From: Poseidonia sp.
GTDB lineage: Archaea > Thermoplasmatota > Poseidoniia > Poseidoniales > Poseidoniaceae
Assembly: GCA_023254355.1 (NCBI GenBank)
Contig: JALRLR010000003.1
Span: forward strand, 1 to 40,291
Direction: 5' to 3'
Length of the DNA: 40,291 nucleotides
Shown: piece by piece, positions 19,301-27,212 of the stretch
Layout of the letters: each line of letters opens with the position of its first letter
Numbering within the stretch: position 1 is the stretch's first letter
Notes under the pieces: generated by a model
What the model was told of the DNA's origin: nothing
What the model saw: the letters and a program-made list of their open reading frames with translations, nothing else
Database searches by the model: none
Program-made: the position numbers and the translations under genes

Positions 19301-21833
19301 GGACCTCAAGAACGGTTCAACTTTTACCAACCCCAATTACAACAGCATTCGCTTGATTCTGGACGGGAATTCTCCACTCGTGTTGAGCGCCACCCCGTTG
19401 GACGGAACTGAACGGCATGCCGGTGCTGCCGGTGTCGGCCAATCCGTCTCCATCGTGGTTCAGGACTCGGTTGACCCGCCCCGTCAACTCAACCTCCATT
19501 ATTGGGTGGGTTGCAAAGCGAGTGATGCCATTGGGTGCACCGATTACAACTTTGATGGCTTGCCCAACGAAGACGAGTACGAATTGGCCACGCTGTCCTC
19601 CCCCGAAACTCGAGCGGGCGGTCTGAACATTTTCGAAGGCCTCATCGACGACTCGATGTTGCTCCACCGCCAACGCGTTTCGTTTTACGTGACGGGTGAA
19701 GATGAACAAAACAACGAGATTGCCATGGGTCGCGGCCCGGTCTGCCCACCGTCCACCATCACCTGTGGTTATCGTCCGGGTGAAGTTGTCCCTGATTGGG
19801 ATGCTGACCTCGTGACGTATCACATCCGTCAAGAGTTTGAACCAGAGGTTGACCTCGGCAATTCGTCCATTTTGGGTCACGATGATTACGAACCGCTCCA
19901 CCCAGGCATCCCCTACACCGCCCAAATCAAACTGAGTGACACCAACGGGTGGCAAGACATTCAGTATGTCCAAGTGGCGCTTGGTGGAGACTTCGACGAC
20001 GACGAGTCCTCGCTGTTCATCTCCTTGGCCGAAGGCGAAGACGGTCTTCCCAAAGCCGTGATGACCTCCGGCTCAAACAACATCGCCGTCTCCAACTTGT
20101 ACTCCACGGTTGAACTTGAACAAGGCAACGAATCGGTGGTGATCATCCAAGCTCGGTTCCAATTGACCTGGATGTTCCCCGAAGGGTTTGACACCGACGG
20201 GGAATCCCACTTCCTCCCGAGAATCAAAGTCACCGACATGCCTTGCAACGACAACGAAGTCACCCCGTGCTTTGAGGTCGAAGAAGGCCTGGGTGATGAT
20301 TGGTGGAGCCTTGACAACGACTTCCGCTTTGATACCGAAGCCGGCCACATTCGTGCCATTGAATTGCGAAACAGTGAAAATCACTACAACCCCGAGAATT
20401 ACGAAACCATCATCGGCGCCGGTCAGGCTCTGAGGGTCTCGGGCCGAGTGTTGTTTTCGGAGGACGAAACGCCCGCACCCCCCGGGGCGTTTGACGTGGT
20501 GTTCGGTGATTTCGAGAACAATTGGCGAACCTCCACTCGTGAAGACGGTGAATTCAGCCTCGATTTGCTCGTGCCTTCCGTTCGGTCCGGCCGGCTCGAC
20601 CTGCGCCTCAGCATGGATGACTTGCCGGGGCTGGCCTTTGATGAGACACCGTTCTCTCCGCGCGTCCGATTGGCCGTGGACAGTGCACGACCCACCATCG
20701 ACAGCATCTCCTTGGGAGGTGTTCCTGCTGGCTCGCCGCTCTCCATCGGTGCAGCCAACGATCTCCAAGTCATTCTCATCACCAACGACGAGAACGGGTT
20801 TAATTTCGAGGAATCTGCCGTCCTCCATTACCGCGTGAAAGCAGGCGAGGCTGAAATTTCTCGAGGAAGCGTCTTGCTTCCCGAGATCACACCGTTTGGC
20901 CAGCAATACTTCTGGAGCGGCTCCTTGGATTTGACCGATTCTGGCGCAACCACCCTCCTGCCGTATTACACCGTTGATGTTTGGGTCTCGGGTTCGGACG
21001 AAGCCGGCAACCCCTACGATACCCTTGGTAACTCCATGTCCGATGCCTTTGCATCATGGCCTCTCGCCTTGCTTGGACCTCGCGTGGACCTGCAGGATGC
21101 GTCCACCTCCATGCAGTGGGATGTTCCCAGTCCCTACGAAGGTGAAACGGCGACGATGGTGGTGAACACCCAGAATTTGGGTGGGAACGGCATGGTTGAA
21201 TTTGCCCTTCAGCAATTGGTTGACGGTGGATTCTGGTCGACCGTGAACGTGGTCGGTCTTGAAGCCACGGCAGGCGTCCCCCTCTCGGTTTCACTGCCGG
21301 TGGTCGCCACCGAGCAGGCCGGTACCGTAATCGAATACCGTGTGATCGTGATGGTTGACGGCGTCGAGATGGACCGTCACACCGTTGATTCGTTGCTCAT
21401 CAAGGAAGAAACGATTCGAGACGGCGAGGCCCTTTCTCAACAGCTCTCCACCGATGTGTTCAGCGTGACCCTGTTCATCATCGCGTTGGCCTCGGTGTCC
21501 TTTGGCATGTACGCCCTTGTCATGCGACGCCGCATGCTCGCCCCGGAGTCGGAGGAGGAGATGGCCGACCAAACCGATGTGGTCGCTGAGGAAATGCAAG
21601 CCACCAAGACCGTGCCGACCATCGTGGCCCCACCGGCACCGTCAGCTGCACAAGCCATCCCGCCCCCTCCTGGTGCGAGTGTACCCCCACCTCCGCAAAA
21701 CATCCCGAAGGCACCCGGACCTGACCGCTCTACTCCGCCCCCGGTTCCACCGACGGGCTTGCCGGAAGGTTGGAGTCAGGAGCAGTGGAATTCGTACGGT
21801 TGGCAATACATCGACGCGCTGTCAACGAAGTGA
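16392..21833 (+). CDS. Giant membrane-anchored surface protein, ~1813 aa
   Basis: Signal peptide (ARGIWLLLVGLMVLTPLG...QAEA). Ser/Tyr-rich propeller-like region, two Asp-box motifs and many beta-sandwich-like domains. TM VFSVTLFIIALASVSFGMYALVM followed by RRR, a Pro-rich tail and terminal GLPEGWSQEQWNSYGWQY. Confidence 0.82.
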   Translation: MQGSGQHRLSARGIWLLLVGLMVLTPLGPMANVVSLQAEAAPGTRHVYQFSGGSSEHIALYQGANPDLGASVDLPRGALVTDVTMTLSGASATGWSQVVADDRVHWVRGAETGIDDRSGDLTLALANISRNFLPHGEDAYINPNSDAWLDNGSYALRQPHTSNATESLFSQQSTKTSSSFMAQSQGAILKHHDWLFLSTWSSSSFHNVVERLYPNNATRESVITLDQASCTLPQKHSSSYYAYYGFRDWTVTDDERLFGILSGYRYTYGSTAPVNYHRVMEMDISRDDTWTCIDSYDISPSVGEYTGIAYDRVSGKVWVAHNAMNRLYAYDFAGDGTGTYTRSQEFYTYTSSSSSTWECGGSTSSNQKQMLRGLAVNGSTFYMRCQKDQYYNDRDQLEAWSVSGSSSALIPENTVRQISRLGYGLQYDGERFVTVDSGYSTWSGATLYYREFGTGWMYETTPSPGTTTWYGDVIRTGDDVLAANVQTYWSAASIGDRVDYWISADNGTHWEEVESNATIHFDHPGNELVWKAQLIGSTAVSWWVDMDYATAYSLQGDWTSPHFNTGTKVGKVRPQWTADVPSGTTLSVQVSNDNGTTWLDAVNNGETSFSTEAAGNTLRYAIVMGTSDLTKTPKLDRFVLEYEEGYPDRPMLDIGGDGTYDWESVLFLNESSVVASDDSPVGDVVKQAPTLVDAFNDHIPENGDGTVNIPIGVKAASSGRVKISNIDITYAMQTRAVDASFEGGLAAPDGIYRNFITRVAPGDDVDRVTKAVIGIDHSHGENPSFTWERGDSCTVNSDAGGIVVFDVANCTSSVDANDVVSIWMPTKVNWTWDDESRTEAIISVEDDLGPSVNQWESSSMKLVVENDIQLDGLRVWEETGRQLYPMDWVRGGFNLSFSGSIHFQDSQLMPPAGSFSLRVIGQNVTYDGDPMGEPMVLYEEVNPAFGAYNMTFTSPIESTPGGMIFYVQAVDLKNGSTFTNPNYNSIRLILDGNSPLVLSATPLDGTERHAGAAGVGQSVSIVVQDSVDPPRQLNLHYWVGCKASDAIGCTDYNFDGLPNEDEYELATLSSPETRAGGLNIFEGLIDDSMLLHRQRVSFYVTGEDEQNNEIAMGRGPVCPPSTITCGYRPGEVVPDWDADLVTYHIRQEFEPEVDLGNSSILGHDDYEPLHPGIPYTAQIKLSDTNGWQDIQYVQVALGGDFDDDESSLFISLAEGEDGLPKAVMTSGSNNIAVSNLYSTVELEQGNESVVIIQARFQLTWMFPEGFDTDGESHFLPRIKVTDMPCNDNEVTPCFEVEEGLGDDWWSLDNDFRFDTEAGHIRAIELRNSENHYNPENYETIIGAGQALRVSGRVLFSEDETPAPPGAFDVVFGDFENNWRTSTREDGEFSLDLLVPSVRSGRLDLRLSMDDLPGLAFDETPFSPRVRLAVDSARPTIDSISLGGVPAGSPLSIGAANDLQVILITNDENGFNFEESAVLHYRVKAGEAEISRGSVLLPEITPFGQQYFWSGSLDLTDSGATTLLPYYTVDVWVSGSDEAGNPYDTLGNSMSDAFASWPLALLGPRVDLQDASTSMQWDVPSPYEGETATMVVNTQNLGGNGMVEFALQQLVDGGFWSTVNVVGLEATAGVPLSVSLPVVATEQAGTVIEYRVIVMVDGVEMDRHTVDSLLIKEETIRDGEALSQQLSTDVFSVTLFIIALASVSFGMYALVMRRRMLAPESEEEMADQTDVVAEEMQATKTVPTIVAPPAPSAAQAIPPPPGASVPPPPQNIPKAPGPDRSTPPPVPPTGLPEGWSQEQWNSYGWQYIDALSTK

Positions 21834-21868
21834 GGCGGTCCTCGTTGGTGGACGCTCCGGTCGATGGG

Positions 21869-22285
21869 ATGGTGACGCTTCAAGAGCGGACCGTTAATTT
21901 GGTCAACCAACTCAACATGCCGCTGGTTGAGGTTTCGTTGGTGCTTGCGCGCCACATCAACCAACTCATGGCGACGTTGAACGAACACCTTTCCCAATCC
22001 GGCGAAAGCGTGAGTGAACAGGTGCATTCGCCTTGGCCCATCGATGTGGAAGCCGTCGACTCCTCGAGCACGTTTGCGCTTGAAAAGGTCATGAACATCG
22101 TGGACCAGCAGCGCATGGACATCCTCGACACGCTCATCCGCGTCACCCTGGTCGAAATCAACGCCTCTGTCGTGGATGCGTTGTTGGCGTTGCGGGCATG
22201 GGAACATTTGGCACGGACCCAACTGGCACAGGCCACCGGGCCGGGGCAGTTGTTTTCTCCTCTGAACATACCCGAGGACTGGTAA
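21869..22285 (+). CDS. Hypothetical all-helical protein, ~138 aa
   Basis: Fills the gap between same-strand genes and has amphipathic helices. An alternative GTG start at 21830 overlaps the upstream stop. Confidence 0.7.
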   Translation: MVTLQERTVNLVNQLNMPLVEVSLVLARHINQLMATLNEHLSQSGESVSEQVHSPWPIDVEAVDSSSTFALEKVMNIVDQQRMDILDTLIRVTLVEINASVVDALLALRAWEHLARTQLAQATGPGQLFSPLNIPEDW

Positions 22286-22322
22286 ACAAGGAATTGAAGA
22301 ACAACCGACGTGAGGGTTGAGC

Positions 22323-23111
22323 ATGAACGCAAGGCATCTTCGCAGTCTCCTGTTGGCCACCTTGCTCATGGTGGGGCCCATGTCGGGTTGTTTGGGTGAG
22401 GACGGTTTTGAGTTGCTCCCCGAAAAAAAGGGGATTCCCGGAGGCTTGACGCTGGCCTGTTTGAGAGGGTCCGTGTATACCTCTTTGGTGATTGAAATTG
22501 ACCATGCGCCGGGTTACCGACCGTACACCAGCAGCACCGACCTTTTGGTTGAACGGCTGGAATCGGTCTGCGACAAACCCTCAGGGATCACCGTGAAATT
22601 CAACGAAGTAACGTTTGACCACGAAGGGTCATGGTCGGCTCAAGACGTTCGAGATGCAGGTTGGGAGGCCAAGGATGCTTCGCCGACCGATGGCACGACC
22701 CTCCGATGGCAATTCGTGTTCCCTGAAGGGGTCTACGAAGACGAGAGCGTTTTGGGGGTCGCCGTTGATGCCTCCACCGTCGCGTTGTTCGGTGATTCCA
22801 TTGAGGAAGCCGACGGATTGTTTGGTCGTCCTTCGGTGGAAGACGTTGAGAACAGCGTTTTGGTCCATGAAGCCGGTCACTTGTTGGGGTTGGTCAACTT
22901 GGTCTACCAATCACCGGTGGCCCACGAAGATTCCGAACACCCCGGCCATTCAAACAACGACAACTCCGTCATGTATTGGGCCATTGAATCCACTGACCTG
23001 ACCAACTTCATCTTTGGAAACCTTCCAACTGAATTCGATGATGATGACCTCGCCGACCTTGCTGGATTGGCCAGCGGCGACATTGAGGTCCGGGATCAAC
23101 TTTGGCCCTGA
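22323..23111 (+). CDS. Lipoprotein zinc metalloprotease (metzincin-like), 262 aa
   Basis: Lipobox-like MSGC after a hydrophobic leader. Zinc motif HEAGHLLGLVN, downstream HEDSEHPGH and Met-turn-like SVMY. Confidence 0.8.
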   Translation: MNARHLRSLLLATLLMVGPMSGCLGEDGFELLPEKKGIPGGLTLACLRGSVYTSLVIEIDHAPGYRPYTSSTDLLVERLESVCDKPSGITVKFNEVTFDHEGSWSAQDVRDAGWEAKDASPTDGTTLRWQFVFPEGVYEDESVLGVAVDASTVALFGDSIEEADGLFGRPSVEDVENSVLVHEAGHLLGLVNLVYQSPVAHEDSEHPGHSNNDNSVMYWAIESTDLTNFIFGNLPTEFDDDDLADLAGLASGDIEVRDQLWP

Positions 23112-23431
23112 CCCATGCTGGCAACGGCGTCTCGCCATGCATCAAAGATGGACCAAAGGTAGAGTCCCAGCCAAAGGATGATGGTCAGCGCAAGCGGGAT
23201 TTGCAGCAAACTCCAATCCACCGCTCGCTGGTGCTGGCGGTTGAAGTGCTGGCCGAGAAAGAGAAAAGGCACGGCAGCCAGCAACGCCGCAATGAGGGGG
23301 CGCATCGCCCCCCACATGCCCACGCCAAAGGTGATCTCCCGCCAAATTTCCCGAGCGATTCGGGTCGGTAGGAATCCTTTCGGTTCCATGGTGGATTCGG
23401 GAGAGAGCTGGACCACCAGTTCCTCTTCCAT
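23096..23431 (-). CDS. Small membrane protein with 2 predicted TM segments, 111 aa
   Basis: ATG at 23431 (MEEELVV...). Hydrophobic segments LIAALLAAVPFLFLGQ and IPLALTIILWLGLYLWSIFDA. The longer ORF start would overlap the pcp gene. Confidence 0.7.
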   Translation of the reverse strand: MEEELVVQLSPESTMEPKGFLPTRIAREIWREITFGVGMWGAMRPLIAALLAAVPFLFLGQHFNRQHQRAVDWSLLQIPLALTIILWLGLYLWSIFDAWRDAVASMGQGQS

Positions 23432-23515
23432 AGACGTCGGTGAACCTGCTGGTTTGTCAAGATGACGCCATGCAACGGGGGGATGGATGAAAAACCTCGG
23501 GTCCTTCATCCCTCC

Positions 23516-24535
23516 ATGCCTGCATCGAAGTCGGTCCTCATCACCGGTTTCGAACCGTTCGGAGGCCACACCACCAACATCAGCGCCACGGTGGCGGTGG
23601 CCTTGGGGTCGCTTCGGTCCATTCTTCATCCATGGACCGATGAAACGGTCGACCTCAAGGTGACCGCACGAGTGTTGCCCGTTGATGCGAACGGAGCACG
23701 TGACTGCGGTGAACGCTGGCGGTCTGGAGAGCGATGGGATGCGATTCTCCACATGGGCTTGTGTGAGTCATGTGAACTCCCTCGGGTTGAACGATTGGCG
23801 CGTGACCGACTTCACATGCGGATACCCGACAATCAAGGCAGGCAATCCACGGAAGGAACACTTGACGGTGGCGGAGCACGCGGGTGTTGGGTTGACCCAG
23901 GGGCGTTTGTCCGAGGGGGGCGATTCAGCGGGGCAGAGGTGTCCGACGATGCGGGGTCGTTTGTCTGCAACGAGACGTATTTTCACACCCTTGCTGCTTT
24001 GAGTGACGAGGGTGAAGGTCACCCGGTGCCGACGCCGGCTCTGTTTGTCCATCTTCCCCACCAGACGGTCATGCCCGTTGAGGATGCGCTCGAATTTGTG
24101 AAGGGCATCCTGCCCAGCCTCGTGTTTCCTTATCCTCCCGACGCCGTTCACGTCGTGGCGGCCTCGATCACGAACGGTTCGGGCCTTCCATTGGTTGCTC
24201 GCCGTGGCCCCGACCAACGCGATGCTGGTTTGTGGGAGTTTCCCGGAGGAAAATGCGAACCCGGTGAAGCTTGGAATCATGCCTTGCGCCGCGAAATCAA
24301 GGAAGAATTGGGCCTTGAGGTGACGCCAAGCCGGTTGTTGGGTACGTGGCTGAGGCCCAATGAACATGCGTGCTACGTGATTCACTTGGTTGGTGCGATC
24401 TTGAACCAACCCTCCGCTCAGCCGACCCTGAGCGTCCACGACGCATGGATGTGGGTTGATGAAACAACAGCCGATTCACTCGCGTGGGCTGGGCGTGACG
24501 GGGAGATGCACCAACTCCTGGCTTCACTGGTTTAG
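23516..24535 (+). CDS. Pyroglutamyl-peptidase I (C15) - Nudix (MutT-like) fusion protein, ~339 aa
   Basis: N domain: VLITGFEPFGG...N, RVERLA (Glu), DAGSFVCN (Cys), FVHLP (His). C domain: WEFPGGKCEPGEAWNHALRREIKEELG, a complete Nudix box. Single uninterrupted frame. Confidence 0.88.
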   Translation: MPASKSVLITGFEPFGGHTTNISATVAVALGSLRSILHPWTDETVDLKVTARVLPVDANGARDCGERWRSGERWDAILHMGLCESCELPRVERLARDRLHMRIPDNQGRQSTEGTLDGGGARGCWVDPGAFVRGGRFSGAEVSDDAGSFVCNETYFHTLAALSDEGEGHPVPTPALFVHLPHQTVMPVEDALEFVKGILPSLVFPYPPDAVHVVAASITNGSGLPLVARRGPDQRDAGLWEFPGGKCEPGEAWNHALRREIKEELGLEVTPSRLLGTWLRPNEHACYVIHLVGAILNQPSAQPTLSVHDAWMWVDETTADSLAWAGRDGEMHQLLASLV

Positions 24536-25047
24536 AGCCAAGTCGAGGCTTCACCATCGTCGTCCATGGCTCGGTCGTCATGCACGGAACGAGGTACTTG
24601 GGTGCGGCCGGGATGCCACGTGGCGGCTTGCAACCATTCACCCAATCCCTCGCCTTCGATTTCCAAGGTGAAGACGCCGCCCAGCGGTTCTTCACCCGGG
24701 ATGGGAAACGAAATCTTCCCGGCAAGGGCGGCTTGCCTTGAAATTGAAAAGACGGTTCGGTTTTCGCTCAATTCTCTTGCCATCGCATCGAGCGCCGTGT
24801 CCAAAATTCGTTGCTCGTGAAGGAAGGAGAGAAAGGTCCGCATCGAAACGTGGGTAAACACCCATTCGGCGTTCACGGCTGCTCCAAATTCAGGTTCTTC
24901 GGGGAGAGGTTCGGGATTCAATTCAGGAAACAGGTTTCCGAGTGCTTTGGCCACGGCAAGCGGTGAATCAGCGCCATGAAGCCCTGTGGTCAGACGGACT
25001 TGGAAGCCTTCGTCGATGCCCGTCAAACGGAGCCTCGCCTCGGACAT
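24532..25047 (-). CDS. UPF0201/DUF54-like putative RNA-binding protein, 171 aa
   Basis: VAKALGNLFP...QRILDTA...SRQAALAGKISF...PLG resembles the archaeal UPF0201 signature. Confidence 0.65.
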   Translation of the reverse strand: MSEARLRLTGIDEGFQVRLTTGLHGADSPLAVAKALGNLFPELNPEPLPEEPEFGAAVNAEWVFTHVSMRTFLSFLHEQRILDTALDAMARELSENRTVFSISRQAALAGKISFPIPGEEPLGGVFTLEIEGEGLGEWLQAATWHPGRTQVPRSVHDDRAMDDDGEASTWL

Positions 25048-25138
25048 ATCCGGCGTAGCACTGCACCCGTCAAGAATCTAGGGGTGACCTTCTTCCATGG
25101 CGAAGGGGTGAAGAATCGGTGGTGTTCCCCTCAAGAAC

Positions 25139-26176
25139 ATGGATGAGCCCAGCGGTCCCGTTTTAGCGACCGTCATCCCCGTTTACAACGAGGCGTCGCA
25201 CGTGGCGACGTGCCTGAACTCGTTGATCAACCAAACGTTGGCTCCGGAACAGCACATGATCATGGTGCTGGACGGTGGATCAACCGATGGCACACGCTCC
25301 ATCGTTCAATCCATCATGGCCACCGCCTCCACCGATGGGGGGCCACCGATGGTGCTCCTTGACAATCCTGGCCGGACGGTAGCCCATGCACGAAACCTCG
25401 CCTTAGAACACCTTCCACCGACGGTCCAATTCTTGATTGAGATGATCGGCCATGCGGTGGTGGAATCCTCGCATCTGGAGCAGCGGCTCGAAGCATGGTC
25501 TGCATGTGAACGTCTCGCAGGAGATGCTCTTGCCGGTGTCGGGGTCAGGGTGGTGCCGTTGAACCAAGGCCGAGGGGGCGTGACGATGTGGATTGAGGGA
25601 GTATTGGCCTCTCCCTTGGGCCAAAGCGGTGGTCAATTCGCCAAGTTCACCAAGCCCGAACCGACCTCCGTACCTGCGTTCGTGATGCATAAACGTCAGG
25701 CGGTTGAAGCCGTTGGTGGTTGGGATGAGGCCTTCATCACCAGCCAAGACAGCGATCTTTCCATGCGCCTGCAAAAGGCCGGCCACGTCCTTTACCGACA
25801 CCCGTCACCAACGGTGGCGATGCATAAACGGTCCAGTCTTCGTCAATGGTGGAAAATGGGTCACCGATACGGGTTTTGGCGAACCAAGGTGTTGCTCAAA
25901 CACCCAACTCGAGCCACGTGGCAGGAATTCCTGCCCTTGCTGGGCTTGGTCATGACCGCGGTCCTCTCGCTTCAAGCACCTCAATTCGGCCTTTGGCTTC
26001 CCCTTCTCTACCTCGTGGCTCTTGCGCTTGCGGGAGTCCATCAAGCCCTCAAACAACGTGCGCTCTCCTGCCTATGGGGTGTCCCGCTTTGCTTGGTGAT
26101 GCTTCACACCAGTTTCACCCTGGGCTTGGCCGATGGCGTGGTTCGTCAGGGTCGTCTTCCAAGCGACCGGGCATGA
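25139..26176 (+). CDS. Glycosyltransferase family 2 (ExoA-like) with C-terminal TM helices, 345 aa
   Basis: VIPVYNE, DGGSTDGT, ARN, VGGWDE, QDSDLSMRL and RYGFWR motifs, followed by three hydrophobic helices. Confidence 0.88.
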   Translation: MDEPSGPVLATVIPVYNEASHVATCLNSLINQTLAPEQHMIMVLDGGSTDGTRSIVQSIMATASTDGGPPMVLLDNPGRTVAHARNLALEHLPPTVQFLIEMIGHAVVESSHLEQRLEAWSACERLAGDALAGVGVRVVPLNQGRGGVTMWIEGVLASPLGQSGGQFAKFTKPEPTSVPAFVMHKRQAVEAVGGWDEAFITSQDSDLSMRLQKAGHVLYRHPSPTVAMHKRSSLRQWWKMGHRYGFWRTKVLLKHPTRATWQEFLPLLGLVMTAVLSLQAPQFGLWLPLLYLVALALAGVHQALKQRALSCLWGVPLCLVMLHTSFTLGLADGVVRQGRLPSDRA

Positions 26177-26230
26177 ATCATGGGTCCAATAGATACATGA
26201 GCAAACCGGGCATGAAACAAGGTGAAGGCC

Positions 26231-27157
26231 ATGAGTCAACCGCGAACCATGACCTCCAGAGGGCTGAGCGCCCTTCCACTCCTCCTGATGGGCGTTTCAC
26301 ATCTTTCACTTCCTCCGCTTCGAGCCATGTTCGAGGTTGAACCTCGTTTGATGTACGCGTGGTATGCGGTCGCCGTTGGCCTGGGCGTCATGTTGCTGCG
26401 TCGCTCCCGTGTGGTGAAGGACCACGAATACAATCGGGCCAAGGCCATGAAGAAAATCCGTCATGTCTACGAGGCTGAGGAACGAGGTGTTTGGGAGACT
26501 GAAGCTCAGCTTGACGCCACCATGGACGCCGATGCTAAGGCCAACATGGCGCGAACGATTGGTGAATTTTCAGGAGAAGGGGCGGAGATGGAATTGGGCG
26601 ACGACCAAGTTGAGGTGCAGATGCTCTCTGAGGCTGCCCATGTCGTCAAAGCCAACGCTCGGGTTTCGGGTGAGGTCACGTTTGAGGACGAATCCATTGC
26701 CGGGACGGTGGGCGCCACGCGCCAACGCAGCCCCATGGACCGGTTGCTCGATGGGGTGTGGTCCTTGTTTGGTCGGGACGCTCGTGCTGAACGAGAAGAA
26801 AGGCGACAGCAGCGTCTGATTCAGGCAGCGAAACAAGCTCCCGTGCTTGCTCAACGCCCCGTTGCGCCGCTCCGATTGAACAAGAGCGACGATACGGGTG
26901 AAGTGAACATGGTTTCCATGAGCGATGAAGGTGGCGTTGAAACCGTGATTTCAACCTCCGGTCAAGAGAAAGACGTACCAGCGTTGAACCGTGGGCCGGC
27001 CCCCGTGCCATCGGAGTCGCTTGAAAGCATGGCCATGATGGGCCAAGCACCGACGGCCGCCACCTTGTTCGCAACGGCTGGACCTCAATGCCGAGGGTGC
27101 CAAGCACCGGTTCAAGCCAACGAACGCTTCTGTCCTCACTGCGGTTTGGACCTGTGA
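26231..27157 (+). CDS. Membrane protein with C-terminal zinc ribbon, ~308 aa
   Basis: N-terminal hydrophobic segments, charged/low-complexity middle, terminal CRGC...ERFCPHCG. Start position is uncertain (26222, 26231 or 26249). Confidence 0.7.
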   Translation: MSQPRTMTSRGLSALPLLLMGVSHLSLPPLRAMFEVEPRLMYAWYAVAVGLGVMLLRRSRVVKDHEYNRAKAMKKIRHVYEAEERGVWETEAQLDATMDADAKANMARTIGEFSGEGAEMELGDDQVEVQMLSEAAHVVKANARVSGEVTFEDESIAGTVGATRQRSPMDRLLDGVWSLFGRDARAEREERRQQRLIQAAKQAPVLAQRPVAPLRLNKSDDTGEVNMVSMSDEGGVETVISTSGQEKDVPALNRGPAPVPSESLESMAMMGQAPTAATLFATAGPQCRGCQAPVQANERFCPHCGLDL

Positions 27158-27212
27158 GTTGAGGCGTGAGGTTGAAAGCGGGCCCCTCGTCGTGGACGAT
27201 GAGGACGAGTCC

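Noticed and set aside
18243-20906. Long minus-strand ORFs (350, 218 and 277 aa) inside the 1813-aa gene; similar ones at 377-1252, 2255-3190, 6224-7120 and 28836-29894
   Set aside because: Antisense ORFs are produced systematically by the host gene's codon usage. Their V/G/R/H-rich composition is not protein-like.
23432-23752. N-terminal extension of the 218-aa minus-strand ORF
   Set aside because: It overlaps the pcp-Nudix gene head-to-head. ATG 23431 gives a sensible membrane protein with its own upstream element.
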